Source: a virus | Taxonomy: Duplodnaviria > Caudoviricetes | Virus record (IMG/VR): IMGVR_UViG_3300033068_000943 | Location: 29,336 to 93,335 of that record | DNA: 64,000 nt | Reading direction: 5' to 3' (one strand) | Shown: positions 1-9,404 of the stretch, one piece after another | How the letters are laid out: each line of letters begins with the position of its first letter | Numbering within the stretch: the stretch's first letter is position 1 | Program-made: the position numbers and the translations under genes | The notes under the pieces: model-generated | Databases searched by the model: none | Seen by the model: the letters and a program-made list of their open reading frames with translations, nothing else | What the model was told of the DNA's origin: nothing

Positions 1-187
1 AATACGATACAAGGACCGTCCCCTGATCGGCCGCCGCACAATTGGCCGGCGGTGCCCCCGTCCTGATTTTCAAGACGGCACTTGCTCCAATCGCCGTTTC
101 CCATGCGTCGACCAAGGCGTTGCGCACTGCCATGGAGTTTTGAACAGCCATACTGGCCCCTCAGTTGTTGGCCAAGCCCATTGAAGA

Positions 188-1210
188 TCACGACAAGTAC
201 GTCTGCCGGAACGTCGCCGTCACCGACCCGCTTCCCGAATTCAGAATGACCCGCGCGTAGAGAGGCGGATACGCAAAGAAGCTGAATTTCGTGGCTGTTG
301 CCGCGACGACCGCAGCATCAAGGCTGTCGATCCACGTCATCGAGGCTTCCGCCGTTGGGCTTTCGGTTCTGTTCGGGTCGTCCATCGACATTTCAACGTC
401 GTAGTTCACCGTCCCCGACACCACCGCCGCAATCGACGTTTGCGCGTTGGCAGCCAGATCGTCGAACCGCACCCATGGGCTTCCGGCCACGCCGTTAGTG
501 CCGACCGTCACCGTCGTTGCGACGGCGCCGGACGTTGCAATGCTTGTGATCGTCAGATAGTCGAGAACGCTCGATGCGGCCCCCGCAGAGGCGCCCGTGA
601 TCGCCTCAGAGCGCACGTTACCAGCCCAATCCGTTCCGGTCAGGGTAAACGTGACCCCCGTGTCATTCCCACCCGACGTGATGATCACGCGCCGCGCCAT
701 ATCGAGCGTCGCCGGAAGATAATGACCGACCGTGATGGCGCCCGTCGTTGCGGCTGACGACGTGATCGAAATAATCGTGCTGTAAAGATTGACCGATGAC
801 GCCACGGATGCGTTTGGCCCGGCGATGACCTCGGACACCACAACGCCGGGGCCGAACGTGGCGGATGTTTGCCGAGTGCCGACGACCGTAAACGTCTTGG
901 CCGTCTCGTCTGCGGCCGACGTGATATAGATACGCGCGGGCGCCGGCAGATAGGCGACAGCGGCGCCGGCAGCCGCCGTGCCGCCGGCCCCGGCTGCCGG
1001 ATTGGTTGTGGCCAGCGCGCCATTGAGCGTCAGTGCGCCCGCCCCAGACGGCGTCTGCGAAAGACAGATGCTATTGGCTGAAAAGCTCCCGGCGGCCCCG
1101 TTGAGCACGAGGTAATTCGTGCCAACCACCGCCGCTTTTTGCGATAGGCCGACCTTGTCCGCAGCAGCGCTCGCCAGCGGGCCGACCGTCACGGTGATGG
1201 GATGCGCCAT
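188..1210 (-). CDS. Virion structural protein (Ala/Gly/Thr/Ser-rich, beta-rich)
   Basis: 340-aa ORF downstream of the capsid genes, with an internally repeated 'RxxITSxxDxxxxTFTxxGT' module. Confidence 0.6.
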   Translation of the reverse strand: MAHPITVTVGPLASAAADKVGLSQKAAVVGTNYLVLNGAAGSFSANSICLSQTPSGAGALTLNGALATTNPAAGAGGTAAAGAAVAYLPAPARIYITSAADETAKTFTVVGTRQTSATFGPGVVVSEVIAGPNASVASSVNLYSTIISITSSAATTGAITVGHYLPATLDMARRVIITSGGNDTGVTFTLTGTDWAGNVRSEAITGASAGAASSVLDYLTITSIATSGAVATTVTVGTNGVAGSPWVRFDDLAANAQTSIAAVVSGTVNYDVEMSMDDPNRTESPTAEASMTWIDSLDAAVVAATATKFSFFAYPPLYARVILNSGSGSVTATFRQTYLS

Positions 1211-1238
1211 ATCTCATGCCTCTTAAGCGTGCGTAAAG

Positions 1239-1274
1239 GTGGTGGGCAGCCGGTCCCGGACGGCTGCCCACCAT
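1239..1274 (-). terminator. Stem-loop (probable terminator or processing site) after the capsid operon
   Basis: Intergenic inverted repeat TGGTGGGCAGCCG..CGGCTGCCCACCA; weak U-tract. Confidence 0.45.
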
Positions 1275-1282
1275 GGGTATGA

Positions 1283-1495
1283 TCAGCACTTGCCCTTGGC
1301 GCGACCACCCATTCTGCGGCCCGGCCGGTCGGTGCGGCCCTTGGGCACGCCATCGACACCGATGCCGCCCATGCCGACCTTCCCGGTCGTTGCCCCCTTG
1401 GCCATATCCATGACCTTGGTATTCGTGCCGTAGGCGGGCGCTTTGATCCCGCCCACGTCCCGCGTCTTTCCGCCGGCCGCGTAGCATTTTTTCAT
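1283..1495 (-). CDS. Small basic head-associated protein with YAAGG motif
   Basis: 70-aa K/G-rich ORF in the head operon. Confidence 0.6.
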   Translation of the reverse strand: MKKCYAAGGKTRDVGGIKAPAYGTNTKVMDMAKGATTGKVGMGGIGVDGVPKGRTDRPGRRMGGRAKGKC

Positions 1496-1509
1496 GTCAC
1501 GTCACCCGA

Positions 1510-2226
1510 TCACCCCGCGATGCCCTGCCGATCCTTGGACACAAGGATGTAGTCAAGGCTCATGACCTTCGCGACGGCTTCGCCGTTCTGGACGCCGAAC
1601 GAGAGCGTCAATTCCTCGTCGTCAGGGAAGTTCGTCGTGCTCGTCAGTTGCCCGGCGATCACGTCGTTGTAGTAGACGTTCATGACGCCGAGCGCCGCAT
1701 CCCAGTGGAACCCGCACGTAAAGTACGTGTCATCGGCGATGGTGCCGACTGTCACGGTGGATGCAGTGTCATTCTTCTCGGCCCGGAACGTCATCGACGT
1801 CGAGCCGTCAGCCTTGATGAAGAACAAGCCGTCAGTCGCGTCGAGCGGCGCCGTGTCGGTGATCTGGAGCCCCATCACGAAGTCGGATTGCGTCGCATCC
1901 GACACCTTGAACCGAGCTTTGAACCACATCGACTTGCCGGCTTCCCATTTCCACGTCTCAACCGTCGCCGCAGACGTGTTGCCGGACCATTGCAGAAAGT
2001 TGTTGTTGTCATCGACGGCGCCGTTGGTGATAACCAGAACGCCGCCATCGAGGTTGCCGACCGCGCGCGTCCCGGTTCCCGTTTCCGTGATCGTCCATTC
2101 GGCGGCCGTGTAGTCGTCGAAGTCGTCGAACCACGTATGGCACCGCGACGGGTCCGGGAACACGAGGCTCCCGGTCGTCGTGCTTTGCGCGACGTTGGTC
2201 ACGCCGCTGAAATGAGTGACACCCAT
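1510..2226 (-). CDS. Putative capsid decoration/structural protein
   Basis: 238-aa beta-rich ORF directly after the major capsid gene; SD AAGGAG. Confidence 0.6.
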   Translation of the reverse strand: MGVTHFSGVTNVAQSTTTGSLVFPDPSRCHTWFDDFDDYTAAEWTITETGTGTRAVGNLDGGVLVITNGAVDDNNNFLQWSGNTSAATVETWKWEAGKSMWFKARFKVSDATQSDFVMGLQITDTAPLDATDGLFFIKADGSTSMTFRAEKNDTASTVTVGTIADDTYFTCGFHWDAALGVMNVYYNDVIAGQLTSTTNFPDDEELTLSFGVQNGEAVAKVMSLDYILVSKDRQGIAG

Positions 2227-2253
2227 GTGCGTGCTCCTTGTCTGGCGGCGCCG

Positions 2254-3171
2254 TTACGCGGTCGGGAATGAACCATAGCCGCAACGCCAGTCGGTGTAGA
2301 TCGGCTGCGCACGCTGGTACGCCTTGACGAGAAGATTGTCGGTCGTGTTGTCGACCCACATATCCGTCTCGTAGGCATCGCGCTCGAAGAACTTCAGCCC
2401 TTCGTTCTGCGTCAGCACGAACCATGCGTAGTTCGAGGTGAGGTAGTCGACCACCATGTAGTCGGTGATGCCCCCCTCGACCGTGCGATCCGCGTTGATG
2501 TCGTTGTCGGCGGTGCCCGGGCGCAGTTGCGTCTTGGTAATCCGCTCAGCCACGTCCATCAGCGCCACCGGCACCATCAGTCCGGCCGGCTTCGCGCGCC
2601 CCATGATCTTCAGGTTGCGCTCGTCCACCCAGTTGGTCCGGATGTTCTTGATCGCCTGCATCAGGCTCGTCTCGTTGAGATCGAGATCGGTCGCGAACCG
2701 ATTGGCCGCGGTGCCGCCGTCAACCGGATGATCGGTGGCAAACAGCGCCTTGCCGTCGCCGACGATCGAGCTGTCATAGGTCGTGCCGTTATTGAAGACG
2801 TTGAACGACTGGATTTCCCAGAACTCCTTGAACGCCTTGCCGAGGCCGAGCGCAGTCGGCTTGAACTCGGTCTTGTAGAGGTTGTCGCGGATGGCCTTGC
2901 GCGTGATGGCATAGGCCAAGCCCACTTCGTAAGTCTCTGCGTTGTAGACCCAGCGCTGGCCGGCGGCGTTGTCGAAGCCAGTGGCGCCGCCCTCCTGCTT
3001 GAGTTGGGCGAGACCCATGTAGGCCACGTGCGCCGTGCGCTCGATCTGCATCGTCGAAGGCGTGACCTTGAACACCTTCTTGTACTGCGTCGGGATGTTG
3101 GGGTACTCGCCCTCCACCTCGCGCAGCCCCGGACGGAGAAGGTCACGGATTTGAGAGGTATTGATAGCCAT
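2254..3171 (-). CDS. Major capsid protein (HK97 fold, Mu gpT-like family)
   Basis: MAINTSQIRDLLRPGL N-terminus; ITRKAIRDNLY, DGKALFATDHP and DWRCGYGS motifs; position after the scaffold. Confidence 0.85.
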   Translation of the reverse strand: MAINTSQIRDLLRPGLREVEGEYPNIPTQYKKVFKVTPSTMQIERTAHVAYMGLAQLKQEGGATGFDNAAGQRWVYNAETYEVGLAYAITRKAIRDNLYKTEFKPTALGLGKAFKEFWEIQSFNVFNNGTTYDSSIVGDGKALFATDHPVDGGTAANRFATDLDLNETSLMQAIKNIRTNWVDERNLKIMGRAKPAGLMVPVALMDVAERITKTQLRPGTADNDINADRTVEGGITDYMVVDYLTSNYAWFVLTQNEGLKFFERDAYETDMWVDNTTDNLLVKAYQRAQPIYTDWRCGYGSFPTA

Positions 3172-3219
3172 GTGCTATGCTCCGGCCTTCCGGCCGTCCT
3201 TCTGAGGTTGCTACGAGGC

Positions 3220-3855
3220 TTAAATGCCGGTGGCGCCGGTCGTGTTGATCGCAACGACCGCCCAGTTGTAGGCGCCCGCCTGCGTGCCCGGCATCAGTGT
3301 CGAGCCGCCGCCTGCGCCCTCCGGATTGTTGCCGGAAGCCCAATTGGCCCACAGATCGATGATCCGCAGCGGCAGCGTCGCGGTCGTATTGAGCGTCGTC
3401 GTGTCGAGATACGACCCGGACATGCCCGTGGTCGCAGAGCCGGTGCCGACCGCGATATCCGCGTTGGCGCCGATGTCGGCAAGCGTAATGCCTGTACCAT
3501 CGGTCTGGATCACGAACAGCGGCGGCGGCGACATCGCGGCAGGCACGAACTGCGCCAGCACGGAGCCCGAAGCGGCGTCGGTGCCCGGCCAATACTTCTG
3601 CGGCACGACGGTCTGCTGCGAGTTCGAGGCGTAGCGGCAGCCGCTAAAGACGCCCCAGCATTGCGACACAGCGGTGCCGGCCGTCCACTGTGCGAGATAG
3701 CCCGTCGACTGCATCTTGACCAGATCGCCGGTATAGATCGCCGTGGTGTTGGAATAGAGAATGCCGTTGCGGCGCTCCTGCAAGGACGAGTTGGTGACGC
3801 CACCGCCACTCAGTCCAATGAAGCGGAGCCCGAACGGAGCATTGGTGTTTGCCAT
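3220..3855 (-). CDS. Capsid cement/decoration-like protein
   Basis: Start reassigned to MANTNAPFGLR at 3855 (TAAGGG upstream); directly precedes the capsid gene. Confidence 0.65.
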   Translation of the reverse strand: MANTNAPFGLRFIGLSGGGVTNSSLQERRNGILYSNTTAIYTGDLVKMQSTGYLAQWTAGTAVSQCWGVFSGCRYASNSQQTVVPQKYWPGTDAASGSVLAQFVPAAMSPPPLFVIQTDGTGITLADIGANADIAVGTGSATTGMSGSYLDTTTLNTTATLPLRIIDLWANWASGNNPEGAGGGSTLMPGTQAGAYNWAVVAINTTGATGI

Positions 3856-3859
3856 GGGA

Positions 3860-4090
3860 GGCGTGCCCTTATGCCGCGTGGCGCGCGCCCATGTCCGCCG
3901 CTTTGTGAAAAAGCGGAAGACGGGCCAGCGCCTTGGGGAGATCAAGGTTGCAGATCGGGCGCGTGCGATGCGCTCGTCTGCGGCTGGCCCAGTCTTCGGC
4001 ACCCGGATTTCTCCGGACCTTTACGCAACCGCCTACGGCGGTGCTGGGATCGTTTCGCGCCAGCGTGGCGCGTATGCCGTTACAGTACGA
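3860..4090 (-). ncRNA. Candidate structured leader RNA upstream of the capsid operon
   Basis: Five hairpins plus one long-range helix (3916-3929/3983-3997) in about 230 nt. Confidence 0.45.
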
Positions 4091-4350
4091 TGTGACTTTC
4101 TTTTACGTGCCCGCGAGCGATTCGAAAAGCGTTTTGTGCAATCAAATCGCGCGCACGTTCGTCACTGACATCCGCTTGAGCACATCCGCTTCCGCGCCCA
4201 CCCGCCCCGTCCGCAAGTATTCCTCGAACAGGACCGCTGTTGCGACCACGTCTCGCGCCGTCTGGTGATCGCAGAAATGCAGAGCCATTTCCAAGGCCGT
4301 CAGGCGCGTAGAATCGACGCCATCGGCGCGATTTGGTTCAGATGCGGCGC

Positions 4351-4932
4351 TCATTCGTCGACCTCGTACTGGTAGCTGGAATCCTGCACGCGAGCTTGAC
4401 GCTCGACGCGGACGCCAGACACGCGCCGAGCCTCCGGATTGTCATAATCGCTCACCGCAGCCGCGCCCGGCGCAGCGCGACCATGGAGACCAGCCATGTT
4501 GCGCGAGATGTCGATTTGCGCGTTGGCCGCCTTGCGTTCCTCACGCCGCGCCAGCGCCGTCAGGCGCTCGTCACGCTCCATCAGGATCATACCGCCGCGT
4601 TTGATCGGACCCTTGAATCCACGCGGCATGAAAATGCCATCGTGGCGTTCGGCGGGCACAGGTTCCCACCCGTTCTGTGCCAGCTCGACTTGATGATCGA
4701 TCCAGTCCCAGCCCTTGACGGTTTCCGTCTTCCATTCATACGTCCATCCCTCCGGAATGATGGAGCGGTCGAACGCGAATTTGTCCTCGTTGCCAGTGAA
4801 CTTCAGCGTCACGGGTTGCCCGGCGCGGTTGCGGATCACGTTGTCCCGAACCGGCGTTCGTTGATCGGAGCCCGGATCGGGCGGCACATCCCGTGTCACT
4901 GTGCGCGCCACGGGCTTCTTCGTAACAGCCAT
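4351..4932 (-). CDS. Conserved head-module hypothetical protein
   Basis: 193 aa with IPEGWTYEW, GWEPVPAERH and GGMILM motifs; follows the scaffold. Confidence 0.7.
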   Translation of the reverse strand: MAVTKKPVARTVTRDVPPDPGSDQRTPVRDNVIRNRAGQPVTLKFTGNEDKFAFDRSIIPEGWTYEWKTETVKGWDWIDHQVELAQNGWEPVPAERHDGIFMPRGFKGPIKRGGMILMERDERLTALARREERKAANAQIDISRNMAGLHGRAAPGAAAVSDYDNPEARRVSGVRVERQARVQDSSYQYEVDE

Positions 4933-4946
4933 TTCGCTCTCCTCGA

Positions 4947-6053
4947 TCAGACGCCGTGGTCATAGTCAGGGTCAAGATACTCTTTCGGCAGCTTGCCGGC
5001 CTTGATCTCGGCGACGATGCCGAGCGCGTACTTGGTGGCATCAAGCCCGGCCTCACGCGCGAAGCGCGCCAGCGCTGGCGGCAGCCGCACTTGTGTTGCA
5101 CCCATGTTGCGGGACGAAAACACATTTCCAGCCCGCGACACGGGAGCGGCCGGTTTGGCGCGTGGCGTCGGAGCTGCCGGAGCGGCGCGAGACGACGCCG
5201 GCCTCGTCTGCTCGACCACCAAGCCATCGCCGTCGCCACCCTTGTCAGGAAAGAACTTGGCATCGAGCGCCGCCCGAAACCCGTCCTCCTTCAATGCCGA
5301 CTGGCCATGCTCGTCCGCATAGTCCTCGACGAACCGGAGCAACCGTTTGTTGAGGCGCGGATCGGTCACGTATTGCTTGTTCTCGCGCAGCCAATCGGCG
5401 CCGTCGTCGCCGATCGCCTGCCGGGCCGTATCGATCCATTCGTCGGGCGTCGGCGCCCGCGGCGGCGGAGCTGCCGGCTGCGCTGGCGCGGATGGCGTTG
5501 TCGCCCCTCGATTCAGAAGGTCATGCGCCTCCCGAACGGCGGATTCCGCTGCGACCTTGCCGCTTTCGAGTTGCGCAAGAGCCGCTTCGGCCTTGGCAAT
5601 CGAGCGTTGCGCCGCAGCGGCCCGTGCGTGCTCACCGGCCTCAGAGGCCCGCACGAACTCTTGCTCAGCCGTCTGCGCCTCGGTCTGCGCCGCGCCGATC
5701 GCGCCGACGATCTGCTGATAGTCCGAGTAGACCTTGGCCGCATGCGCCCGCAGCGTTTGCCCCGTCCGCTCGGCAACGAGCTGCGATGCCTGCTCTCGAT
5801 CCGCAAGCGCTTGCGCGGCGATCTGCTCTGCACGCGCGGCGCGCTCGGCCAACTCGTCACGCTCGCGCTGGAGACGTTCACGCTCGCGGCGGTCCCGGTC
5901 TCCCGTCTTGACGGCGCCATCCGCATCCGGAGCCGCACGAGCCGGCTTTGCCGGCGCCACAGGATCGGTGCGCGGCAGACCGTCTGCGTCTTGGCCGAAC
6001 TGGATCACATCGCTTGGAATCTCGACAACGAGTTCGTCGTTTTCGCCGGCCAT
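4947..6053 (-). CDS. Capsid scaffolding protein
   Basis: Long coiled-coil, Ala/Glu/Arg-rich, Pro-rich linker; lies between portal and capsid. Confidence 0.65.
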   Translation of the reverse strand: MAGENDELVVEIPSDVIQFGQDADGLPRTDPVAPAKPARAAPDADGAVKTGDRDRRERERLQRERDELAERAARAEQIAAQALADREQASQLVAERTGQTLRAHAAKVYSDYQQIVGAIGAAQTEAQTAEQEFVRASEAGEHARAAAAQRSIAKAEAALAQLESGKVAAESAVREAHDLLNRGATTPSAPAQPAAPPPRAPTPDEWIDTARQAIGDDGADWLRENKQYVTDPRLNKRLLRFVEDYADEHGQSALKEDGFRAALDAKFFPDKGGDGDGLVVEQTRPASSRAAPAAPTPRAKPAAPVSRAGNVFSSRNMGATQVRLPPALARFAREAGLDATKYALGIVAEIKAGKLPKEYLDPDYDHGV

Positions 6054-6055
6054 GA

Positions 6056-6571
6056 TCACCACACCATGTCAGGATGAGAGAGCTTGCCCAGAATGTCCCG
6101 CTCCACGAACACGCGGCAGAACACCTCGTTCACGTCACACCCGATGCCGTCGCTCGGGCGGAACCACACCCAGTCCCCGACGTCAACCCTCTGGCCGTGG
6201 AACTTCGTCACGTCGTCATCGACGTAGGCTTGAGGCCCCTTCGCAACGCAGAGCCCCACCTTGCCTTGCCAGATGTACTCCTGCAGGTCTTCATCGGTCA
6301 TCGCATCGGTCAGGATGATGCCGCCAGACGTTTTCTGAACGAGCGGCGGCTGATAGACCGCGACGAGAATGCGGTTGAATTGCACGATCTCTTGCGGCAC
6401 CTCGCCGATCTTGGCCATAAGGTCGGCGCGCGGATCGACCGTATGCTCGACCGTCACGTAATTCATCACCCTCTTGCCGGCGGGCGTTCGCAGGTTGATG
6501 CGGCGCCGGATCGGCTTTTTGGCCGCCAGCTTGCCGATATCGGGCAGTTTCAGTTTTTGGGCTGTCGTCAT
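6056..6571 (-). CDS. GroES-like co-chaperonin
   Basis: RILV...KTSGGIIL...G.CVAKGP...VDVGDWVWF...ERDILG matches the Cpn10 pattern. Confidence 0.8.
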   Translation of the reverse strand: MTTAQKLKLPDIGKLAAKKPIRRRINLRTPAGKRVMNYVTVEHTVDPRADLMAKIGEVPQEIVQFNRILVAVYQPPLVQKTSGGIILTDAMTDEDLQEYIWQGKVGLCVAKGPQAYVDDDVTKFHGQRVDVGDWVWFRPSDGIGCDVNEVFCRVFVERDILGKLSHPDMVW

Positions 6572-6810
6572 CTGGGCTCTTTCTTGCGATCGACGCGACC
6601 ACTCATTTCGTCCTGCGTGGCCTCGATGTGGGCCAACGCCGTTTTCAGGCCGGATATCACACCCACTTGCCGGGCAACCCGCATGCCGGTCGCCGCAGCG
6701 TCATCGGGAACAATGACGCTACCGCCACCAAGCTCGTTGTGCCGCGCCGTCAGGTCATCGATGATGCGCTTTCGAAGCGTCTCCACGAACCGCGCTTCAT
6801 AGGGGATCAT
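6568..6810 (-). CDS. Hypothetical protein
   Basis: ATGA-coupled to both neighbours. Confidence 0.6.
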   Translation of the reverse strand: MIPYEARFVETLRKRIIDDLTARHNELGGGSVIVPDDAAATGMRVARQVGVISGLKTALAHIEATQDEMSGRVDRKKEPR

Positions 6811-7016
6811 TGCTTCTCCGCCCACCGCGAGCACGTGCCGCGATCGGTCGTCATCAGCGGCGTGGGGAGCGCGCGCCTGGACGGCAGACATTGGCCGATG
6901 ACGGGATCGGACCCCAGCGGCGCCCATCCGGCGCACGTTGCGCAGATGTGTGGCTGCGACTTGATATTGGCTTCGACGGGCGCCGCTTGATGCGGCGCGT
7001 CCTTTGCGCGGGCCAT
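6807..7016 (-). CDS. Small 4-Cys protein (CxxC..GxC..CxxW)
   Basis: CATCAGW..GQC..CSRW. Confidence 0.55.
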   Translation of the reverse strand: MARAKDAPHQAAPVEANIKSQPHICATCAGWAPLGSDPVIGQCLPSRRALPTPLMTTDRGTCSRWAEKQ

Positions 7017-7086
7017 GGAGTAATACCGGGATCGACGCGCACTGCCTTGGCTATACGTGTGATTTGCTCAAATGCAACGCGACAAC

Positions 7087-7127
7087 AGCAACGCCCGCGC
7101 GTCATCGTTGCGCGGGCGTTGCTTTTT
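7087..7127 (+). terminator. 14-bp hairpin with U-tract on the + strand (possibly bidirectional)
   Basis: AGCAACGCCCGCGC-N9-GCGCGGGCGTTGCT then TTTT. Confidence 0.5.
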
Positions 7128-7129
7128 CG

Positions 7130-7723
7130 TCACTCCCCGTACTTCTTGACCTTCTCAAGCCGGCCCTTGCCGCCGCCAGCGCCGGCATCGAAACCCGTGA
7201 GAGCCGGGCCGCCGGCCGCGAGCTTGGTCATCGGCTTGCCGGGGTGCATGGCCTTCTCGTGCTTGTGCACGGCGGCCTTAGTTGCTGCCTTGTCCTTGGC
7301 GGCGTCGCCATGGACGCGACCGCCATGCTTGTGCATCGGAAGCGGCGGCCCACCGGGGCCCCCAGGCCCCGCCATCGGACCCGGCGGCGGCATCGGAGGA
7401 CCGCCCGCGTCCTTCATGGCCAGCGGCATGCCCTTGTCGTCGCTCTTCGGAACGATGATGACATTGACGTTGGTGCCGGCCTTCTTGGCGTCCTTGCCCT
7501 TGCCGACGCGGCCGGGCATCTTGCGGCCGGGGCGGGATGTGGACATCTTGGCCGGCGCGCCGGCAACGCCCATCCCTTCGGCCAGAGCCGGGTTGTCGCC
7601 CTTGACGATGCCTCCCGTAGCGTAACCCTTCGCATACGACTGCCGGGGCGGTTCGGAGCCGCCGCCGTACTTCGCCAGAAGCCGCGTGTTGCCTTCCGCG
7701 CCGGAGCGCGCGATCTTGGTCAT
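7130..7723 (-). CDS. Low-complexity K/G/P-rich internal virion protein with several AxGG motifs
   Basis: YATGG, HKHGG and LAAGG motifs; start MTKIARSG with AAAGGA SD. Confidence 0.6.
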   Translation of the reverse strand: MTKIARSGAEGNTRLLAKYGGGSEPPRQSYAKGYATGGIVKGDNPALAEGMGVAGAPAKMSTSRPGRKMPGRVGKGKDAKKAGTNVNVIIVPKSDDKGMPLAMKDAGGPPMPPPGPMAGPGGPGGPPLPMHKHGGRVHGDAAKDKAATKAAVHKHEKAMHPGKPMTKLAAGGPALTGFDAGAGGGKGRLEKVKKYGE

Positions 7724-7727
7724 GTGA

Positions 7728-9404
7728 TCAGTCCTTTGGGTTGGTGTACTCGTCAAGAATCGCACGCGCACGCGAATCGTCGCTGAGCGTCGCCGGATAT
7801 GTGCCTCGGCTCGCCGCGCGGGCTGGCGCATTGTGCGGCACCACAGGTCCGCGCGCTCCGCCCATGTAAACGAATTGTTTGTCCTCCGGCACATCGAAGT
7901 CGTACCACGGCGGTCGATCTTGGCGGTGCCTCGGGAGCATCTTCATTCGACGCTGAACCGTTCGCGCCTCGACCTCGCCGGCATAGCTGCGATATCGATC
8001 AACCGGCGACTGGCGCGACACATCAAGGGCGCGATTGTACCGGCGCAGCACTCGGTTCAGAATATCGTCACCTTCCGACAACTCGAATTGGACCGCTTGC
8101 GCCGCATCGACGCCGTAAGGGTTCGTTTCGCTTTTGACGCCCAGCCGTTCCTGCCACTTGCGTGTCGCCTGATCGATGAACGCCTGTTGTTCCGTGTTGC
8201 CGCGCGCGGCTTCGGCCATGATGTAGCGTGCTTGATCCGAGTGCGCGTCCTGCATCTGCCGCGATTTAACCATAAGCCCGTCTGCGAGCAGTTTGGCATC
8301 AGCAATGTCGCCGGCCGCCGCCGCCGGGTTCGTGCCCGTCGCAAATCCTTCGTCCCTCTGTCCCTTGTGCGCGAGTTCATGCAGCAGCGTGCTTTTGGTC
8401 TGAGGGTCGTAGTCCTTAAGCTTGTCGAGCCAGATGTTCTCGGGTCCGCCTCCACGGGTGAAATTGGGGGCATAGTAGACACCTGCCGTACCCATCTCTT
8501 TCACCGGGTCCGGCGTTCCGACGCGAAGCATCATGTCGCCCCAGTCGGGATAGGCCGCGTAAAGGTCCGGATGATCCAAGAATCGCTTCATCGCCCCCGT
8601 CGTGCGGTTGCCCATGAGTTGGATCATGGCATCTAGGCCGGCGCGCTCTCCTTGCAGCTTATGCACGGCCGCCATGTCGCCAGCTTGCGCCGCCTTGACG
8701 ATGTCGTTGCCACGCGATGTCCATTCGGCCAGCAGGTCGCTGGTCTCGCGTCCGGCGTAGGGCTCGATCGAGCGGATCAGCGCGCTTCGGCCCAGCGTCG
8801 GGCTTCGATCATTCTTATACATCAACTCGATGTACGCCTCATGCGGCGTGTAGGGATAGGGGTTGACCTTGGCGCGATGATCGCTGATCTCGAACCGCCA
8901 CTGATCATCCGGAAACTTGCCCCAACCCGTATCCTTCCATATTTGGTCGCGGTCGACGCCTTCCGCCGCCATCTTCTGCGCTCGCTCCAGCGCGCCGTGA
9001 TCGGCCGTCTTGGCGCCCCGGCCTCCGAAGATGCCAAGCTCGTTGCGCCCGGCGGCAGGATTGATCGCCATGCGCGCGAGGTTGCCCGTGGCCGGCGTCA
9101 GCGCCCCGGCCATCAGATGCCCCATGAACTGATCGCGCTGCGCCGCCCCCATCTGCGACACGGGGAGGCCGGGGCCGACGACGGGCGCCTTGCCAACTTC
9201 CTTGGCGACATCGACCACGTCTTGAAGAAGTCCCGGCGTTGCCCATTCGGTTCGGCCATCGGTTGTCTGCCGGAATGGGAGCAGCGCGCCTCGGTATGCC
9301 TCATCCGGGCGCAACCTTGTCGGCTGCCGGTTTGCTGCCGCGTAGTTGGCGCGCGCCTCATCGTCGTAGTGATCGGAAAGAACGCGGCTGATGTCATCCG
9401 CCAT
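7728..9404 (-). CDS. Polyvalent-protein-domain virion protein (LPD23-like with HExxH metallopeptidase motif)
   Basis: IWKDTGW..D.QWRFEISD, LLHELAHKGQ..EGF and GEVEAR motifs. Confidence 0.65.
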   Translation of the reverse strand: MADDISRVLSDHYDDEARANYAAANRQPTRLRPDEAYRGALLPFRQTTDGRTEWATPGLLQDVVDVAKEVGKAPVVGPGLPVSQMGAAQRDQFMGHLMAGALTPATGNLARMAINPAAGRNELGIFGGRGAKTADHGALERAQKMAAEGVDRDQIWKDTGWGKFPDDQWRFEISDHRAKVNPYPYTPHEAYIELMYKNDRSPTLGRSALIRSIEPYAGRETSDLLAEWTSRGNDIVKAAQAGDMAAVHKLQGERAGLDAMIQLMGNRTTGAMKRFLDHPDLYAAYPDWGDMMLRVGTPDPVKEMGTAGVYYAPNFTRGGGPENIWLDKLKDYDPQTKSTLLHELAHKGQRDEGFATGTNPAAAAGDIADAKLLADGLMVKSRQMQDAHSDQARYIMAEAARGNTEQQAFIDQATRKWQERLGVKSETNPYGVDAAQAVQFELSEGDDILNRVLRRYNRALDVSRQSPVDRYRSYAGEVEARTVQRRMKMLPRHRQDRPPWYDFDVPEDKQFVYMGGARGPVVPHNAPARAASRGTYPATLSDDSRARAILDEYTNPKD

